A stretch of DNA of 64,000 bases, taken from assembly GCA_976226885.1 (NCBI GenBank), contig OZ320320.1, forward strand, positions 88,288,001-88,352,000, given 5' to 3'. This document shows, piece by piece, positions 12,666 to 24,620 of the stretch. The notes beneath the pieces are model-generated. The model ran no database searches. It was not told the origin of the DNA and saw only the letters and a list, made by a program, of their open reading frames with translations. A program made the translations under genes and the position numbers. Position 1 is the stretch's first letter. Each line of letters opens with the position of its first letter. This stretch comes from Iphione sp. A-MEVVRFRX5 (taxonomy: Eukaryota).

Positions 12666-12999
12666 CTGGCAAAACTGGATTCAGACCATGGTCAATAAGT
12701 TGGGATCTCTGTGCGAGTGGGTGTGTAGGTGCAGACAACCATTATTTGTAATGTATGTGTATCCATGTGTGTTTGACTATCTCTCTTAACATGTGGAAGT
12801 GTCCGTGTATCTTTCTTATGGTAAATAGGCCTAGAGAGCTGGAACTCCTGGCTTCTCTGGGGGGTATCGGACGATACCCCCGATACCCCCTTGACTATTG
12901 GCCTGCATTATAGATTGTCAGGACAAAGGACTCGTTAAGATCTACAATGCTGTGAAGTCGTCAGGACTTCCAAATCCCACTAATATCTAACCTTAATTT

Positions 13000-15590
13000 G
13001 CAGAACTGGGACTACATATCAGCAACGACACACAGTTAGACGCAATCTTTCAGAGTGGTATTTAGTATCACTTTCAGTTAGGCTATACCTGTTTATCAGG
13101 ATAGCGGATAGCGGCGGGATTTTCCGCTACCTGAACCAACAGGCAAAAAGCTGTAGGCATGCCCGTTGGGAGTAACGACTAAACGAGGTTGGGAAATACC
13201 CTGCCAAGCTGTGGAGATGCCTCAACAATGCACTTGGTAGAGGCAAAGACACAGGGGAGGAATCTTACAAACTACCTGCTAATGAGGACTGGAAGAGAGA
13301 AAAGGGTGAGACCTTGGCACAGTCCTTCGACTCCTCCTTCGTAAAGGATGTGGAGGCCCTGGTACCTATAGTCCCACCCAAGGGGGCAGGTTTTGAGTTG
13401 GAGCCGCCATCACTGATTGAGGTGCGCAAAGGCCACAAAGCCATCAGGGATGTATGGCGCACCAACTCAGATACTAAAACCTGTACTGTTGAGATTTCCG
13501 GATTTCTGGAGGATCTATGAAATGGGGTGTTAGCCTAGCATATGGAAGGTTGCTAGGGTAACCCCTGCATACAAAAAAGGGCTCTCCTGGAGATCTGGGC
13601 AAATTTTAGCCTGTTTCAATTGTACCGCTCCCTGGTAAACTCTGCGAAAAGTTGTTTACCAGGGAGTTTATGGGTCATCTGAAAAGCAGGAAGGCTCTCA
13701 CAAGTTGCCAGAATGAGTTTTGCCCTGCCCATGGGATGGAGACAGCTTTGGTGATGTTGGTCAACATGGCAAGTGAACTGATGAATACACCTGTTTGCTA
13801 GTCTTTGATCTCAGAAAAGCCTTTGACCTTGTCCTCCATGAGACTCCACCGTCTCTGTTGCATGGGGGCGGGTCATAGGCTGTGCTATGTGATTGGACAG
13901 GAAGTGCCACAGGGCTCTATTTTTGGCCCTGTGGCATTTAATCTGGCTATAAACTCATTAGTTGAGTGCCTACCCAGGGGCGCAGTGTCAGTCATCTATG
14001 ACGAAGACTAATAGTCTCGGCCCGAGACCTCCTTAAGCTACGGCATCAGCTAAACATACACTAGATGCAGTGGCCAGTCGGTGCAATAAGGAGGGATTCA
14101 TCCTAAGTGAATCCAAATGTGCCCATTGCCCACTGGATAAAGCAAGGGGCATTGGTCTTGATCTCAATTTAAATGGTTCGCCACTCAAGATGGAGACAAA
14201 GCTACTGGGGCATAAAATTGGTTTCGGGCTGAGGATGAGAGAGAGAGAGTTGCCGTGAGGTAAAAAGAAGTACTTGGGCGACATCACTCAAAATCAGTTG
14301 AACAATGCTGTTCTTGCCACTCAGGGCCAGAATTACCCTCTCCTTCACCCTAGTGATGTCAATGTTCCAGTTCAATGGTGCGTTGTGCTTTGGCCTGCCA
14401 AGCTCTGTGGTAATAGACATTCAGGTGCATTTAAACTGCTGCACTAGACGGTGTCTACAAGGTAAGGATTACTTGTCAACAATGGCGAGAAAGTTTGACG
14501 TACAACAGGTCCATAACCTCATAAGGACAAGAAGTATCATTGCAATACACAACCAAGTAAGACTTGCAATGATACCCACTGAAGCTCCCACCAGGACAAG
14601 ACAAGGTGAGGGAGAAAGGGGTACGCAGTATAGAAACAACCTATGCTATCAGGGAGTGCGCCGTTAAGAGCCAATGGCGTTTTAATTTATGACCACATTG
14701 ATTTCTAACCGTTCCTACTACAGCCTGGTACAAAAGTATTAATTTCTATAATTAACAATTCAATAATCTATTTACGACCAAACTCACCATTACAACCAGT
14801 TGAGCTTTGTCCAGAGGGGTGGTTGTAAATAGAGTTTCAACTGTACATCCCCTAGGCAGTAAATTGCTAAGAAGGCTGGAAGTCACAGAAACTAACTAAC
14901 TCGTGCCTCACTTACAAACTACCAGAGTGGAAGGCCGGTATGCACTCTGTTCATGTGTCATACTACGGTAGAGTTCACGTGGGCAATTACAGTATGTAAT
15001 GAGGATGGATTTGGGGGTTAGATACAATCAGATGGAGTAACTTGACATATGGAAGGTGCTCCAGGTGTCCCTAGAATGGAAATCTTCTCCTCGGAGCTCC
15101 TTCAAGAATGTGATACTTAGGGCCTTATACGGCAGGGCAGTACACAGTAAAACACCTGTATACAGCTTGATAACTCTAATGTATAAGGTTAATATACCCA
15201 ACAACATTGTTGATGCAATTGCACCTTGTTCATTAACTGTGAGAGGTTTGAATAGTTTTTGATAACAGCCACTGATGTATAACCATAACCAGACAGCGCG
15301 CCCATTATAACTAGCAGCTTAGTGCGTCACCACTCAGTAAGCTGGGCATCTCTGCTGGATTTGTTAGCCACCTCCCCCCTGACAACTCGTTGTTGTTTTC
15401 ATTTGTGATTTACCCACATGTATATATATTACTAATCTTATGCTTGATGTCATTTGCCAACAGCTGTTTATATTGTTCTCCTCGTGAATTGTTCTGTAAC
15501 TCCATCTGTACTCAGAAAACCACCTATTTGAGGCGATATGTTGGCTGAATTAATAAAATCATTTTAAATCAAATCATTGGAATGTAGAAC
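13000..15590 (+). mobile_element. Decayed CR1/L2-group LINE (pre-RT, RT, C-terminus, long 3' UTR)
   Basis: FELEPPSLIEV, PVSIVPLPGKLCEK, DLRKAFDLV, EVPQGSIFGP..FNLAINSL and YDED (YADD-like); ends with AATAAA and an (AAATC)-like tail near 15550-15580. Confidence 0.7.
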
Positions 15591-15622
15591 CTTGAAATGC
15601 CTCCATTTACAGTATGCTTATA

Positions 15623-16122
15623 CAGAGGTTACTACAAAACCGAACACTCCAAAACTGAATTTCCCAAAATCCGAACGAATTTTGCAGGAACCAAATGTTC
15701 TTTACTATTTAGATATTCACAAAACTGAACATTTTTATCCGAAATACAAACAATTTTTCGATGAATTTGGATCATTTTGCAGATTTTTGGATGAATTTGG
15801 ACCTTTTCTGCCAATTTTCTGACAAATTTGGCTGCATTTTGACAATTTCGGGTGATTTTGCCTAAATTTTGCAGATTTTCAGACAAATATGGCCGAGTTT
15901 CAGCGATTTTCAGACAAATTGGCTGACTGTTGCCGACTTTCAGACAAATTTGGACGAATTTGGCTGACTTTGGTAGGTATGTAAAGTATTAAGGTAGGGC
16001 CTAGGGCCCTACGTAACACTAAATGTGACAATGGCCTTAGGCCTCTATTCGAAATCTGAATTTTCCGAAATCCAAACGATTTCAGCAGAAACGGCGATTG
16101 TTTGGTTTTTGAATATCCTCTG
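15623..16122. mobile_element. TA-targeting MITE with internal ~22-bp tandem repeats
   Basis: Imperfect TIRs CAGAGGTTACTACAAAACCGAACA / TGTTTGGTTTTTGAATATCCTCTG; TA flanks; repeated ttttcagacaaatttgg units at 15760-15970. Confidence 0.7.
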
Positions 16123-16499
16123 TATATATATATATATATATATATATGTCTCTTGTACACTAATCCTAGCCTAGAAATGGCAGATGTGATACTAGACGAA
16201 ATAAAGTGTGTGTAAGGCCATATGTGTTGGACTACTGAGTGTGATAATTAGAGTATGGAGTTTCTATATACAGTAACTATATGCACAGAATAACATGACA
16301 CCTCTCCTATAAAGACAAGGCCTGTATGTATAAGGCCTCCATAATGCCTCTAGTTTACTAATGATGGACAACCTAAAAATTGAATGCACCAAGTCCCCAA
16401 GGCAACTGTTAGTGGGTCCAAGATATATGAGGAGTGCAACTTATCTTAGGAGGATAATGGGGATATAATCATCAGAACAAATCTGAGTCTTTTCTTGTT

Positions 16500-16935
16500 A
16501 GGGATTTGCAAGAAAATTACAAGGAAAGGTAATAGGCAGGGTGGTGCTATTATAATAGCTCTAGAGAAACATCATTGTTCAAGTACAATTTCCAGTAGTC
16601 AGGTATTAGTAATTGGAACTCATTACCTAGTGACCTAAGATCCTTGCCAGACACACATGTGTTCAAGACACATTGTGCAAAACTACTGAATAAATGAACA
16701 GTAATAACAATCCAAGTGACCATATAGAACACTGGTATAGCACCAGATGTTTTGATGCCATACATCCTCTTAGGATATTTCCTGAATTGGTGTTTATCTA
16801 TTCTTGAATTGGTGTTTAACTCTTGTATTGACATCATGTGTTTGATAATTCCATCTATGTTGCACTGAGAAAATTTTCTGTACACCCTACCCTCTATGGA
16901 AGAAGTGTAATAAAACATTTCAAATTTTAATTTTG
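16500..16935 (+). mobile_element. LINE 3' end (ORF2 C-terminus + UTR)
   Basis: GISNWNSLPSDLRSLPDTHVFKTHC matches the WNxLP...FK LINE terminus; AATAAA near 16908. Confidence 0.65.
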
Positions 16936-16989
16936 GTTTCATTTTGAAAATTGTTTTACTATGGATTACTGGTACCAGTAAAATCCATC

Positions 16990-17480
16990 AACATTTGAAT
17001 TGAATTGAACTGAATTCCTGTTTATTGTCAATTCTACCATTATACATGAATAATGCTTCACAAGGTTAACATTAGGAAAACTTAATTCTATGATGTACAT
17101 GAAAGAGAGAAATGGCCATGACGATTAATAGCATTATATTTACAGTCACCTTGGCACCAACATTGGTTAGACAGAATTCGTTTTTTCAACTTTGAAAAAG
17201 ATGTCAATTCCTTATTTTCCATTGGCATCTCATTCAACCAATATTTTCCCAAATGAAGCCAGCTATCTCTGACACGTCTCTGTAGACCTGTCATAAGACA
17301 CAGGATTGTTTTCCCTTCCTCTGCATGCTTTTGTTTTCTGTTCAGCTTGAATTCTATGTCTTTGGTACATATTGTGTATATTAACTTTGCACTCAATTCT
17401 TGCAATCTCAGTTACCTGTTGCATACCTGTTCATCTGTACAGAGACACCCATCCCTCTTTGAATCCTAACATGAGTTTCA
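16990..17480 (-). mobile_element. LINE 3' end with (TTCAA)n tail
   Basis: WLNEMPMENKELTSFSKLKKRI C-terminal motif; AATAAA plus ttcaattcaattcaaat on the minus strand. Confidence 0.65.
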
Positions 17481-17860
17481 ACCTTTTACTCTATATTTTG
17501 ACTAGGGCATTTTAAATCAATCTATTTATTCCCAGGAGGAATGGGGCAATGTATGAAATGTGTGGTATGATCAATGTTTCAAACAACATCATTCTAGTGC
17601 TCTCTGGTACAGTACATCACAATTTACTAATTGTATATGCCCCATGTATAATTTTTTGACGGACTGTATTCACATGAATTTTCCATGACAGCTTTTCATC
17701 AATATGGTACCTGAGTATTTGTATGTTACTGACTCTTTTGATTCTTTTACTATCTAAAGCCATGTTTAACTATTAATATGTGTCTGTACCTAGGAAATGT
17801 TAATAAGACTACAGCAGGTGAAGAAAAGGTACAAAAAGTCTCACAATTAAGAATACTTAC

Positions 17861-17887
17861 TTTGGCATATGGGGTAGCATCATAGCC
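17861..17887 (-). pseudogene. 3' half of an interrupted EF-hand gene exon (GYDATPYAK)
   Basis: Ends at a perfect AAA|GTAAGT donor in phase 0, matching exon 10066-10157; GYDATPYAK parallels GFAPGPYVD, the end of exon 9215-9329. Confidence 0.65.
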
Positions 17888-17888
17888 A

Positions 17889-19929
17889 TCCGTGCGCCAC
17901 CTCCACCTGTGGCTAACAATGCCTTGCATGCACTGGTACCTGCCGCCGATGCCCAAGCACAAGCCGCTCTAGTTGCCATTCCAGCGGCACCTACAAATCG
18001 GGCAGAGGCCACAGCACCAGCAGCCCAGCAACAGCAGCAGCAGGCCAAACGAAGTACGTACCTGTATTTCTACCATTGAAGACAACTTGTATTGCTACTA
18101 CTGAAGACAATGTATCTTTTTTTTGTAGGCTGTGTCTGTTGAAAATAACATTGTCCCATTCGTAATCATTGTGTGAACCACATTCCAGGACGTTGCCACG
18201 AGGGCGTACGAACTCGAGAGGAGTTGCTCGACAAGGAGGTGGTCACTGCCGAGGCCAGATTAATGAATATGGCCAAAGATGACAAGCGAAGGGAAGATGT
18301 GGCCCAGACGCGCCTCGGCCTGGCGACCGAGGAGGTTAAAACGAAAGAGGCAGCTCATAAGGCCGAGGAGGCCAGGGAGGCCTTCTACAAGTATCTGCTT
18401 GAACGTGAGCAGCAGCGCGAGCGTCGTGAGGTGGAAGAGGCCAAAGCAAAGGCCGCGCAGGCCAAGGCCCAGAGGAAGTCTGCCAAGCTTGCCAGGCAGG
18501 AGACCATCGCCCGCCTCATCAAACTCCAGGCAGACGTTACGAGGGCACTCCAGCAGACGGCGACCGAACTCGCCGGCCACATCGCCGACCACCCGGACCA
18601 TGAGGTGACCCTATCCGTAATTATCTGTAATGTTGCTGTACGAATGTCTCTCAATATTGGAGCCCATTTAAACCACGCTCGTCCTCTAGGTACATTGGTA
18701 GTGGCGGCAGTTGGGGCGGGTTGTGTGCATGGACCTGCCGCCGGCGCGGTCGTATCTTTGCCAGCAAATCATCTCTCTGTTCCACCGCAAAATTGTGGAG
18801 AATGGCGGCTGCACTAACCATTTCCCCCACTCGGCCCGGCCGAAAGCACATGGTCTCGTGGAGCATACCAAAGCGGCGTTTGAGGACGCCGAACGTCTGC
18901 TCGATCAGAACCCTCGTATGGGTGTGTGCATTTTGGTAACGATTCTGGGCTTGGGTAAGCACTTGGTTACGGCGGTATGGTGTGAGGCAGCGCCTGTCGC
19001 AGGCATAGCCACTGTTTCCAAGAAGGTGTCCCGGGCCGACCACTGCAAATAGAAGAGAAGCGTACTATTGATACAAATTTTGAATGCATGTGTGTGTGCT
19101 GAAACTAACATAACGATTAAGTGTAAAGTGAGAGGAACTAATAATACAACTCGTAACGCTAAGTGTACCTACAGGGCAAGAGATAGTCATGGGTGAAATC
19201 GCAACCACGGAAAATGCGGGAGTCATGTTTGCTGCCCGGATAACAGGCAACGATGTCACGGATCCGCTGTTTGTGGTCGCAGATGGCCTGTGGGTAAGCA
19301 GACAGAACGTCACCGAGGTAACCGGACAGGTAACAAAAAATGCATGTGAAATAATGTTTACGAAAGTTTACCAATACGTAAGCTAACACTAGGCTGGATC
19401 GTAAGCACTAAAGGCATTACTAACCTGCACGTTGATGGAGTAGTGATAGTTCCTGTCGACGTATTCAGGGTGCCGTCCCTTGGGTCGAATGATCCGCACG
19501 TGTGTACAGTCCACCAGGCCAATTACGAACGGAAACCTTGCCTTCTCCCGAAAGGCCAGCATGATCTCGTTCAATTTGTCCGGGCGTGGTGGGGTCAGGT
19601 ACTCAGTCTTCATTGTGTCCGTAACAGCCATGGCAACCCGGTGGACTATGCGACACACGGTGGGATTGGACACCCTGATGATGTCCGAGACAACATCCTG
19701 GATGGCCCCTGTTGTAAGTGAAATGCAATGCATACGTTACTTGCTGCAGCCGCAACTTCACCCAAGATAGTTACGAATATATCTCTTATTTGTACAGGAC
19801 GAAGAAACGCGGGCCATGATTAGCACGGATGCCACCAGAGCACGCATGAAGGAACTGGAAAATTTGAAGAAGATGATGGACCAGGATGCGCAAGGGTGGC
19901 GCACAGATGACAGCGACAGCGACAACTAA
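17889..19929 (+). CDS. Harbinger accessory (ORF1/Myb-partner-type) gene, 3' part: exons ~17889-18053, 18189-18604 (or -18616), 19798-19929
   Basis: GT-AG intron 18054-18188 is phase-consistent; long coiled-coil (REELLDKEVV...ARLIKLQADV); last exon has acceptor ctcttatttgtacAG, reads DEETRAM...DDSDSDN*, and has AATAAA at about 19965. No Myb/SANT domain in the retained part. Confidence 0.65.
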
Positions 19930-20569
19930 ATATGGCAATGAATACAAATATTTCAATATTCAGAAATAAACAATCATCCCACTGTACGTTGTGTATCTGT
20001 CAGCCCTAACTTCATCAATACGAGAATATTAACATTGAATATGAAAAAGATGTACCAAGTCAGTAGAACTATTATAGAGCCATATGTAAGGAATAAGTGA
20101 GGAATATAGAAGTTATCGTATGAAGCCTATGTGCTACAATACGCCAATAGGAAATTCTTTTTTCACAGATTACAAAAAACTCACCTGTAGCTAGGTAACG
20201 TAGAAATAGCACCACCTGAATTAAGGGAGGGAGGGCCGGGCCTCGCTTGCGCCTTTGCTCAAGCCGTGGCGTCACGTAATCCATGATCCTGTAGATGTTA
20301 TGCGGGTAGAAGCGGTATTTCTCACATATTTCATCACGTTTCAAGGATTCTAGAGGGTTTTGGTAATCAACAAGGCGGCGGGTTACGAAGTCTTGCCCAT
20401 AAAAACGCCTCCCCCACCTCACCTCATTCATCTCAATCTCCTCCTCTTCCAACTCCTCGTAATCCGCCATTACGTCGATTCCAAGGTTCTCAGGATCCAC
20501 TGGATCACATTCCCGGTGATGAGTAGCTTCCATAACATTTTCGTAATCAAAATCACGAGCAAGATCCAT
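18651..20569 (-). CDS. Harbinger (HARBI1-like) transposase, 4 exons: 20569-20185, 19708-19425, 19287-19173, 19042-18651
   Basis: Phase-consistent GT-AG introns join LRYLATG-AIQDVVSD..VSNPTVCRIV, IGLVDCTHV, YSINVQ-AICD, YPGSKHDSRIF, LLGNSGY and RVLIEQTFGVLKRRF. Confidence 0.92.
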
Positions 20570-20851
20570 GGTGTACGTGTTGAGGATACGAGTGACAAAC
20601 TAGTACTAGCTTAAAACTCCCACTTAAACCGACCCATGGAGACGGTTTAAGGAAAGTAGGTTAAATCCACAATTAATACGTCCCACGCGGTATTACGAGG
20701 GTTACAGCAGAGCGCACTTTAGCTAATACCAGCTGGGTGGTCGTAACTTGCGGCTTAAGGCGTTACAGCAGAGAGCACTCAAAATTTACTGGTATTAAGT
20801 CGCGGTATTAGGGTTAATGAGCATCAATTCGGTGTTACAGCAGCCGGCCCC

Positions 20852-20880
20852 AAAGTATCCTTGACAGGTTAATTGCATGA
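20852..20880 (-). pseudogene. 5' half of the interrupted EF-hand gene exon (MQLTCQGYF)
   Basis: attgtttacAG acceptor at 20881-20882; joins in frame to 17861-17887 when 17888-20851 is removed. Confidence 0.5.
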
Positions 20881-20989
20881 CTGTAAACAATACTCAATTG
20901 CCTTACATCCATCTATGTCACAGTGACATAGGTCCAAGGTCTTGCACAAAATACAGATGATAAGTACTGATGGAGAATCACTATTGTGT

Positions 20990-23350
20990 CTTCATACACC
21001 ATAGCGGAAGTTACATAGACCAAGTCATGGTCTGTGCTGCTTATACAGCAGGCCTGTAGCATTAGACCATAAGGGAAGGCCTGTTTGCAGTGGTCTGGAT
21101 GGCTCGAGGAGTATGGTAGATGTATGGGTGGTACATAGACTGTGGTGTCCAGGAAGTTGATTTCTCTTGAAGACTTGAGTGAACCTGATGTTCCCGTGGC
21201 ACATATTCAGGTGTGTCAAGAATTGGTCAAGTTCGTTCTCACCATGTGGACCCATCGAAGATGTAATCGATATACTGCAACCACACGAGTGGTTGTAGGC
21301 AGTAGGTGTATACATATTCCCCCTCTAGATGGGACATGAACAGGTTTGCATAGGTTGGGGCAACTTGAGTGCCCATTGCTGTGCCTGAAACTTAGAGGTA
21401 GTGTCCTATTGAATCTGAAATTATTCAATCTCAGTACCATGCTCAATAATTGGCAGATGCTGTCTATACTAATGTCCCCTAGGTTTGCGTTTGAGCTGAT
21501 GAGGGCCTTGATGGCCGCTATACCTCCCTTGTGGGGGATATTGGTGTATAGGGAAGTCACATCCAGTGTGCACAGTATGGAGCCGGCAGGTAGGTGTTGC
21601 AGTCTATATATTTGCTTGAGAAAATCTGTGGTGTCCCTTACATATGACTTGATAGTACTCATAAGTGGTCACAAGATTATATATACTAGGGCAGATATTT
21701 TCTCCGTACAGTAACCATTTGCTGACACAATTTGGCGCTGGGGTAGTGGGATGAGTCTTTTGTGTATTGTAGGGAGCAGATAGAATTCCGCAGTCCTGGA
21801 CTTGTGTGTCAGGAGTTTAGGGAGTAGATTTTAGGGAATTTCACCGGAGATAACGAGGGGCCAGAGAAAGTTGTTGACCTTCTCTTGTGTACTCACGGGT
21901 CATATCACGGTCTTTTTTCTGGTAGAAGTGACTGTTGCTCAGTTGACGCTCTCCCTCCTTAATGTAGTCAGTCCTGTTTAGAATAACAGTCTCCCTCCCT
22001 TGTCTGCGGGCTATATGATAATGTCCCGGTAAGTTTCTTTATAGCTATAAATTCCCCTTTGCCCGTGTTTCCAGCGCGGTAGGTAGGGTCCACGCCTTAC
22101 ATGGTTGGAGTACATTTAATCTCCTAAGGTCTGCAACCCATTTTGGTGTAGATTCGGCGGTTATGGCAGATGATGAATGGGGGCCACTTACCTTAGTCCC
22201 TGTCCTGTGCTGTTGAAAAAGGATTTAAGCGCTATCCCCATAGACGCGAATTATCCGCACGCACAAAGTGGCGTGCTGCGTGCAGCCCGGACCATCCCGC
22301 AACAGGTGGCGGGGCCTATCCCCATGTACGCGAATTATTCGCCACCTCAGGTGGGCTGAGAACACAATAGAATATAACAGAATATAGTAGAAAAGATAGG
22401 AATTCAATGAGATATGCACAAAAAAACACATCATTTACACAAATTTGACAGGAATTCAGTGAGATCTGTACAAAAAACACATTACTTACACAAATTTGAC
22501 AGGAATTCAATGAGATCTGCACAAAAAACACATTTTTTACACAAATTTGACAGGAATTCAACGAGATCTGCAAAAAAAACACATTACTTACACAAAATTT
22601 GACAGGAATCCAGGTATGTATGCACACACACATACACACACACACACAAACACACCTCTTCCCAGCCCGCACAAGGTGGCGGGGTGCGGGATTCCCGGAC
22701 GAACATCGATCACCCCGCACGCAGTAGGTGGCGTGTGTGGGAAGTCCGCGCACATGGGTATTGTTCTACATTAACTGCTTGGTCCGGACCTCCCGCTGTC
22801 CACGCACAAGGTGGCGGGTGCGGAAGGTTCGCGTCTATGGGGATAGCGGTTTAATTCTGAGAGATCTGGCGAATTGACCCACGTGTCATGCTATGTCCCC
22901 TAGGTTGGGTTCCCCAGGAGTGGTGCAGAATTTCAGGCCTTTTTCTAGACCTTGGATTCATCTTCACTTAAGACACGATCGTATAGGTTCACTAGAGATG
23001 ACTCAAGTGGATAAGTTCCAGTAATTTTATCGCTGAAAGAATCACAAGGCAAGAGTGAACTGAATTGGTTTCAGTATACGTGTGTTCATCAGGTAGTAAT
23101 AGAATAGGTCTAGTCACTGAATGAACCCTTTCAGGTCTTAGTGCAGGCTGGGACATGGTGGTGCCCCAGGTTCCTGTGTCATGATGGGAGTTTGTGGCAG
23201 GGTCGTGGCTTGGATGGGCCCCACTCTAGTATTGGTCCTGATGGCGGAATGTGTTCTGTTCTGTTGAAAACGGATTTAATCCTGAGCACCACCACGTCAT
23301 ACACGCTTGCCTCGTTTTACTTTACGAACATTTTTAGAACATTTTCCAAA
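20990..23350 (-). mobile_element. Penelope-like element remnant (N-terminal domain + RT; no GIY-YIG seen)
   Basis: LEKGLKFCTTP..FARSLRIKSFF, SYVRDTTDFL, ILCTLDVTSLYTNIPH, LRLNNFRFN, FLDTTVY and YSSSHPDHCK are typical PLE motifs; frameshifted. Confidence 0.85.
22229..22850. mobile_element. TTAA-targeting MITE (Kolobok-like termini) inside the Penelope element
   Basis: Perfect 21-bp inverted repeat CGCTATCCCCATAGACGCGAA; TTAA at 22225-22228 and 22851-22854; internal ~46-bp tandem repeats at 22400-22610. Confidence 0.85.
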
Positions 23351-23759
23351 ACAGTGTTAGACAGGACTTCGGTTTGAACCTGTTTTCCTCCCTCTTCACT
23401 TTATCACCCTTTATTACCCTCTTACCCACTGGGCCACAGGGACTGTAGACATAACACTTTACAGGTTCTATCCAGTCCTTGGTAATCCTCCTGGCACCCC
23501 CAGAGGACCCCATACCTAATCAGATACTCCCCTGTCCTTGGCCGCCCTCCTGTTGGACTCACAATCCTCCACATCTCGTCAGGTCCTGTACCAGCCTTTG
23601 GCCGTCCTCCTGTCGCCCCTAGAGGTCCCCACACTTCGTCAGGTCCTGCTCCAACCAATGGCAATCCTCCTCCATCTTCATCCTTTCAATTTTAAGTCCA
23701 TAAAGCCCCATCGTTGCTTTGACTTGGTTTAGTTTTGCACTTGATTATCTTTGAGGTAC

Positions 23760-24500
23760 CCGAGCAAAGAGCAGCTCATTAATGCCCACGCTTGGTTTGG
23801 GTTGAATGAGCTGAATAGCAGGCGCCTTATCCGGGGGTATGCCACAGCATTCGCTTCAGTCAAGGAGCAAGCCCTTTTATTTACCCTAACAAGCCACTGA
23901 ATCAACAGTTTCCTGAGCTACTCGACACAGTTTCAGTGGGCTAGCTGCACAGACAAGAATAGCCAAATTATCAACACATAGAACTGCCTTTGGTTTTCCT
24001 GGTGGGGATTCAGTGACGCCGTTCACAACTTGATAAAAGGTGTTCAGTTCAAAGACCAAACCCTGTGGGACACCTTGTGTCAGAGTCCTGCAGACCGAAA
24101 TAAGACCCTTACATCTAACATACATACAGGGTACGATTCAGTGCTAATATTCTGCATGAAGATCCAAGAGATGAAATCCACCAATAATGAAATCTTTTTC
24201 ATGGAAAAGAAATCATAAGCATACAGAAACCTCTCTTGATGGTTAATGCTAGCTCCACCTCCTTTACTTGATGATGCCCTCACGTCCACATTGCCAAAGT
24301 CCTGATCTTTGCCCATGATCACGTCAAGTGGAGCCAGTGTTCCTTCAGCTACATGTCTCTGATATGCTCTGACAGGAGGTAAGATTCTAGATCTTGGGGA
24401 AAACTTCTAGGACTTGGAAAAAAAGGTTGCATACTCTGGTGGAAAGGTTTAAGAGGGTTTCCTCAAGGGTTCCAATAGATGAGCACAATGTTACCTTAAA
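23760..24500 (-). mobile_element. Decayed LINE RT fragment
   Basis: TQGVPQGLVF, LCVDNLAI (YADD-like) and AYDFFS (AFD-like) motifs. Confidence 0.6.
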
Positions 24501-24620
24501 ACTTAAATCTTAAAACTTAATCTACAGGACTAGTGGAAAAAAATACATTCAACTATATTCAAGCCTTATAGAAATACTCTGTTAGAACTATTTCATATCA
24601 TTTCTAACCAGGAACACTAA

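Larger units (their letters stand above)
17888..20851 (-). mobile_element. PIF/Harbinger DNA transposon, left arm truncated
   Basis: GC/CpG-rich block; spliced DDE_Tnp_4-type transposase plus an opposite-strand coiled-coil gene; right terminus GGGGCCGGCTGCTGTAACAC with subterminal repeats gttacagcag (about 20701, 20762, 20834). No matching left TIR seen. Confidence 0.9.

Noticed and set aside
18617-18817. C-terminal part of ORF 18173-18817
   Set aside because: Antisense shadow of transposase exon 4; composition changes abruptly after the coiled-coil, where splice donors occur.
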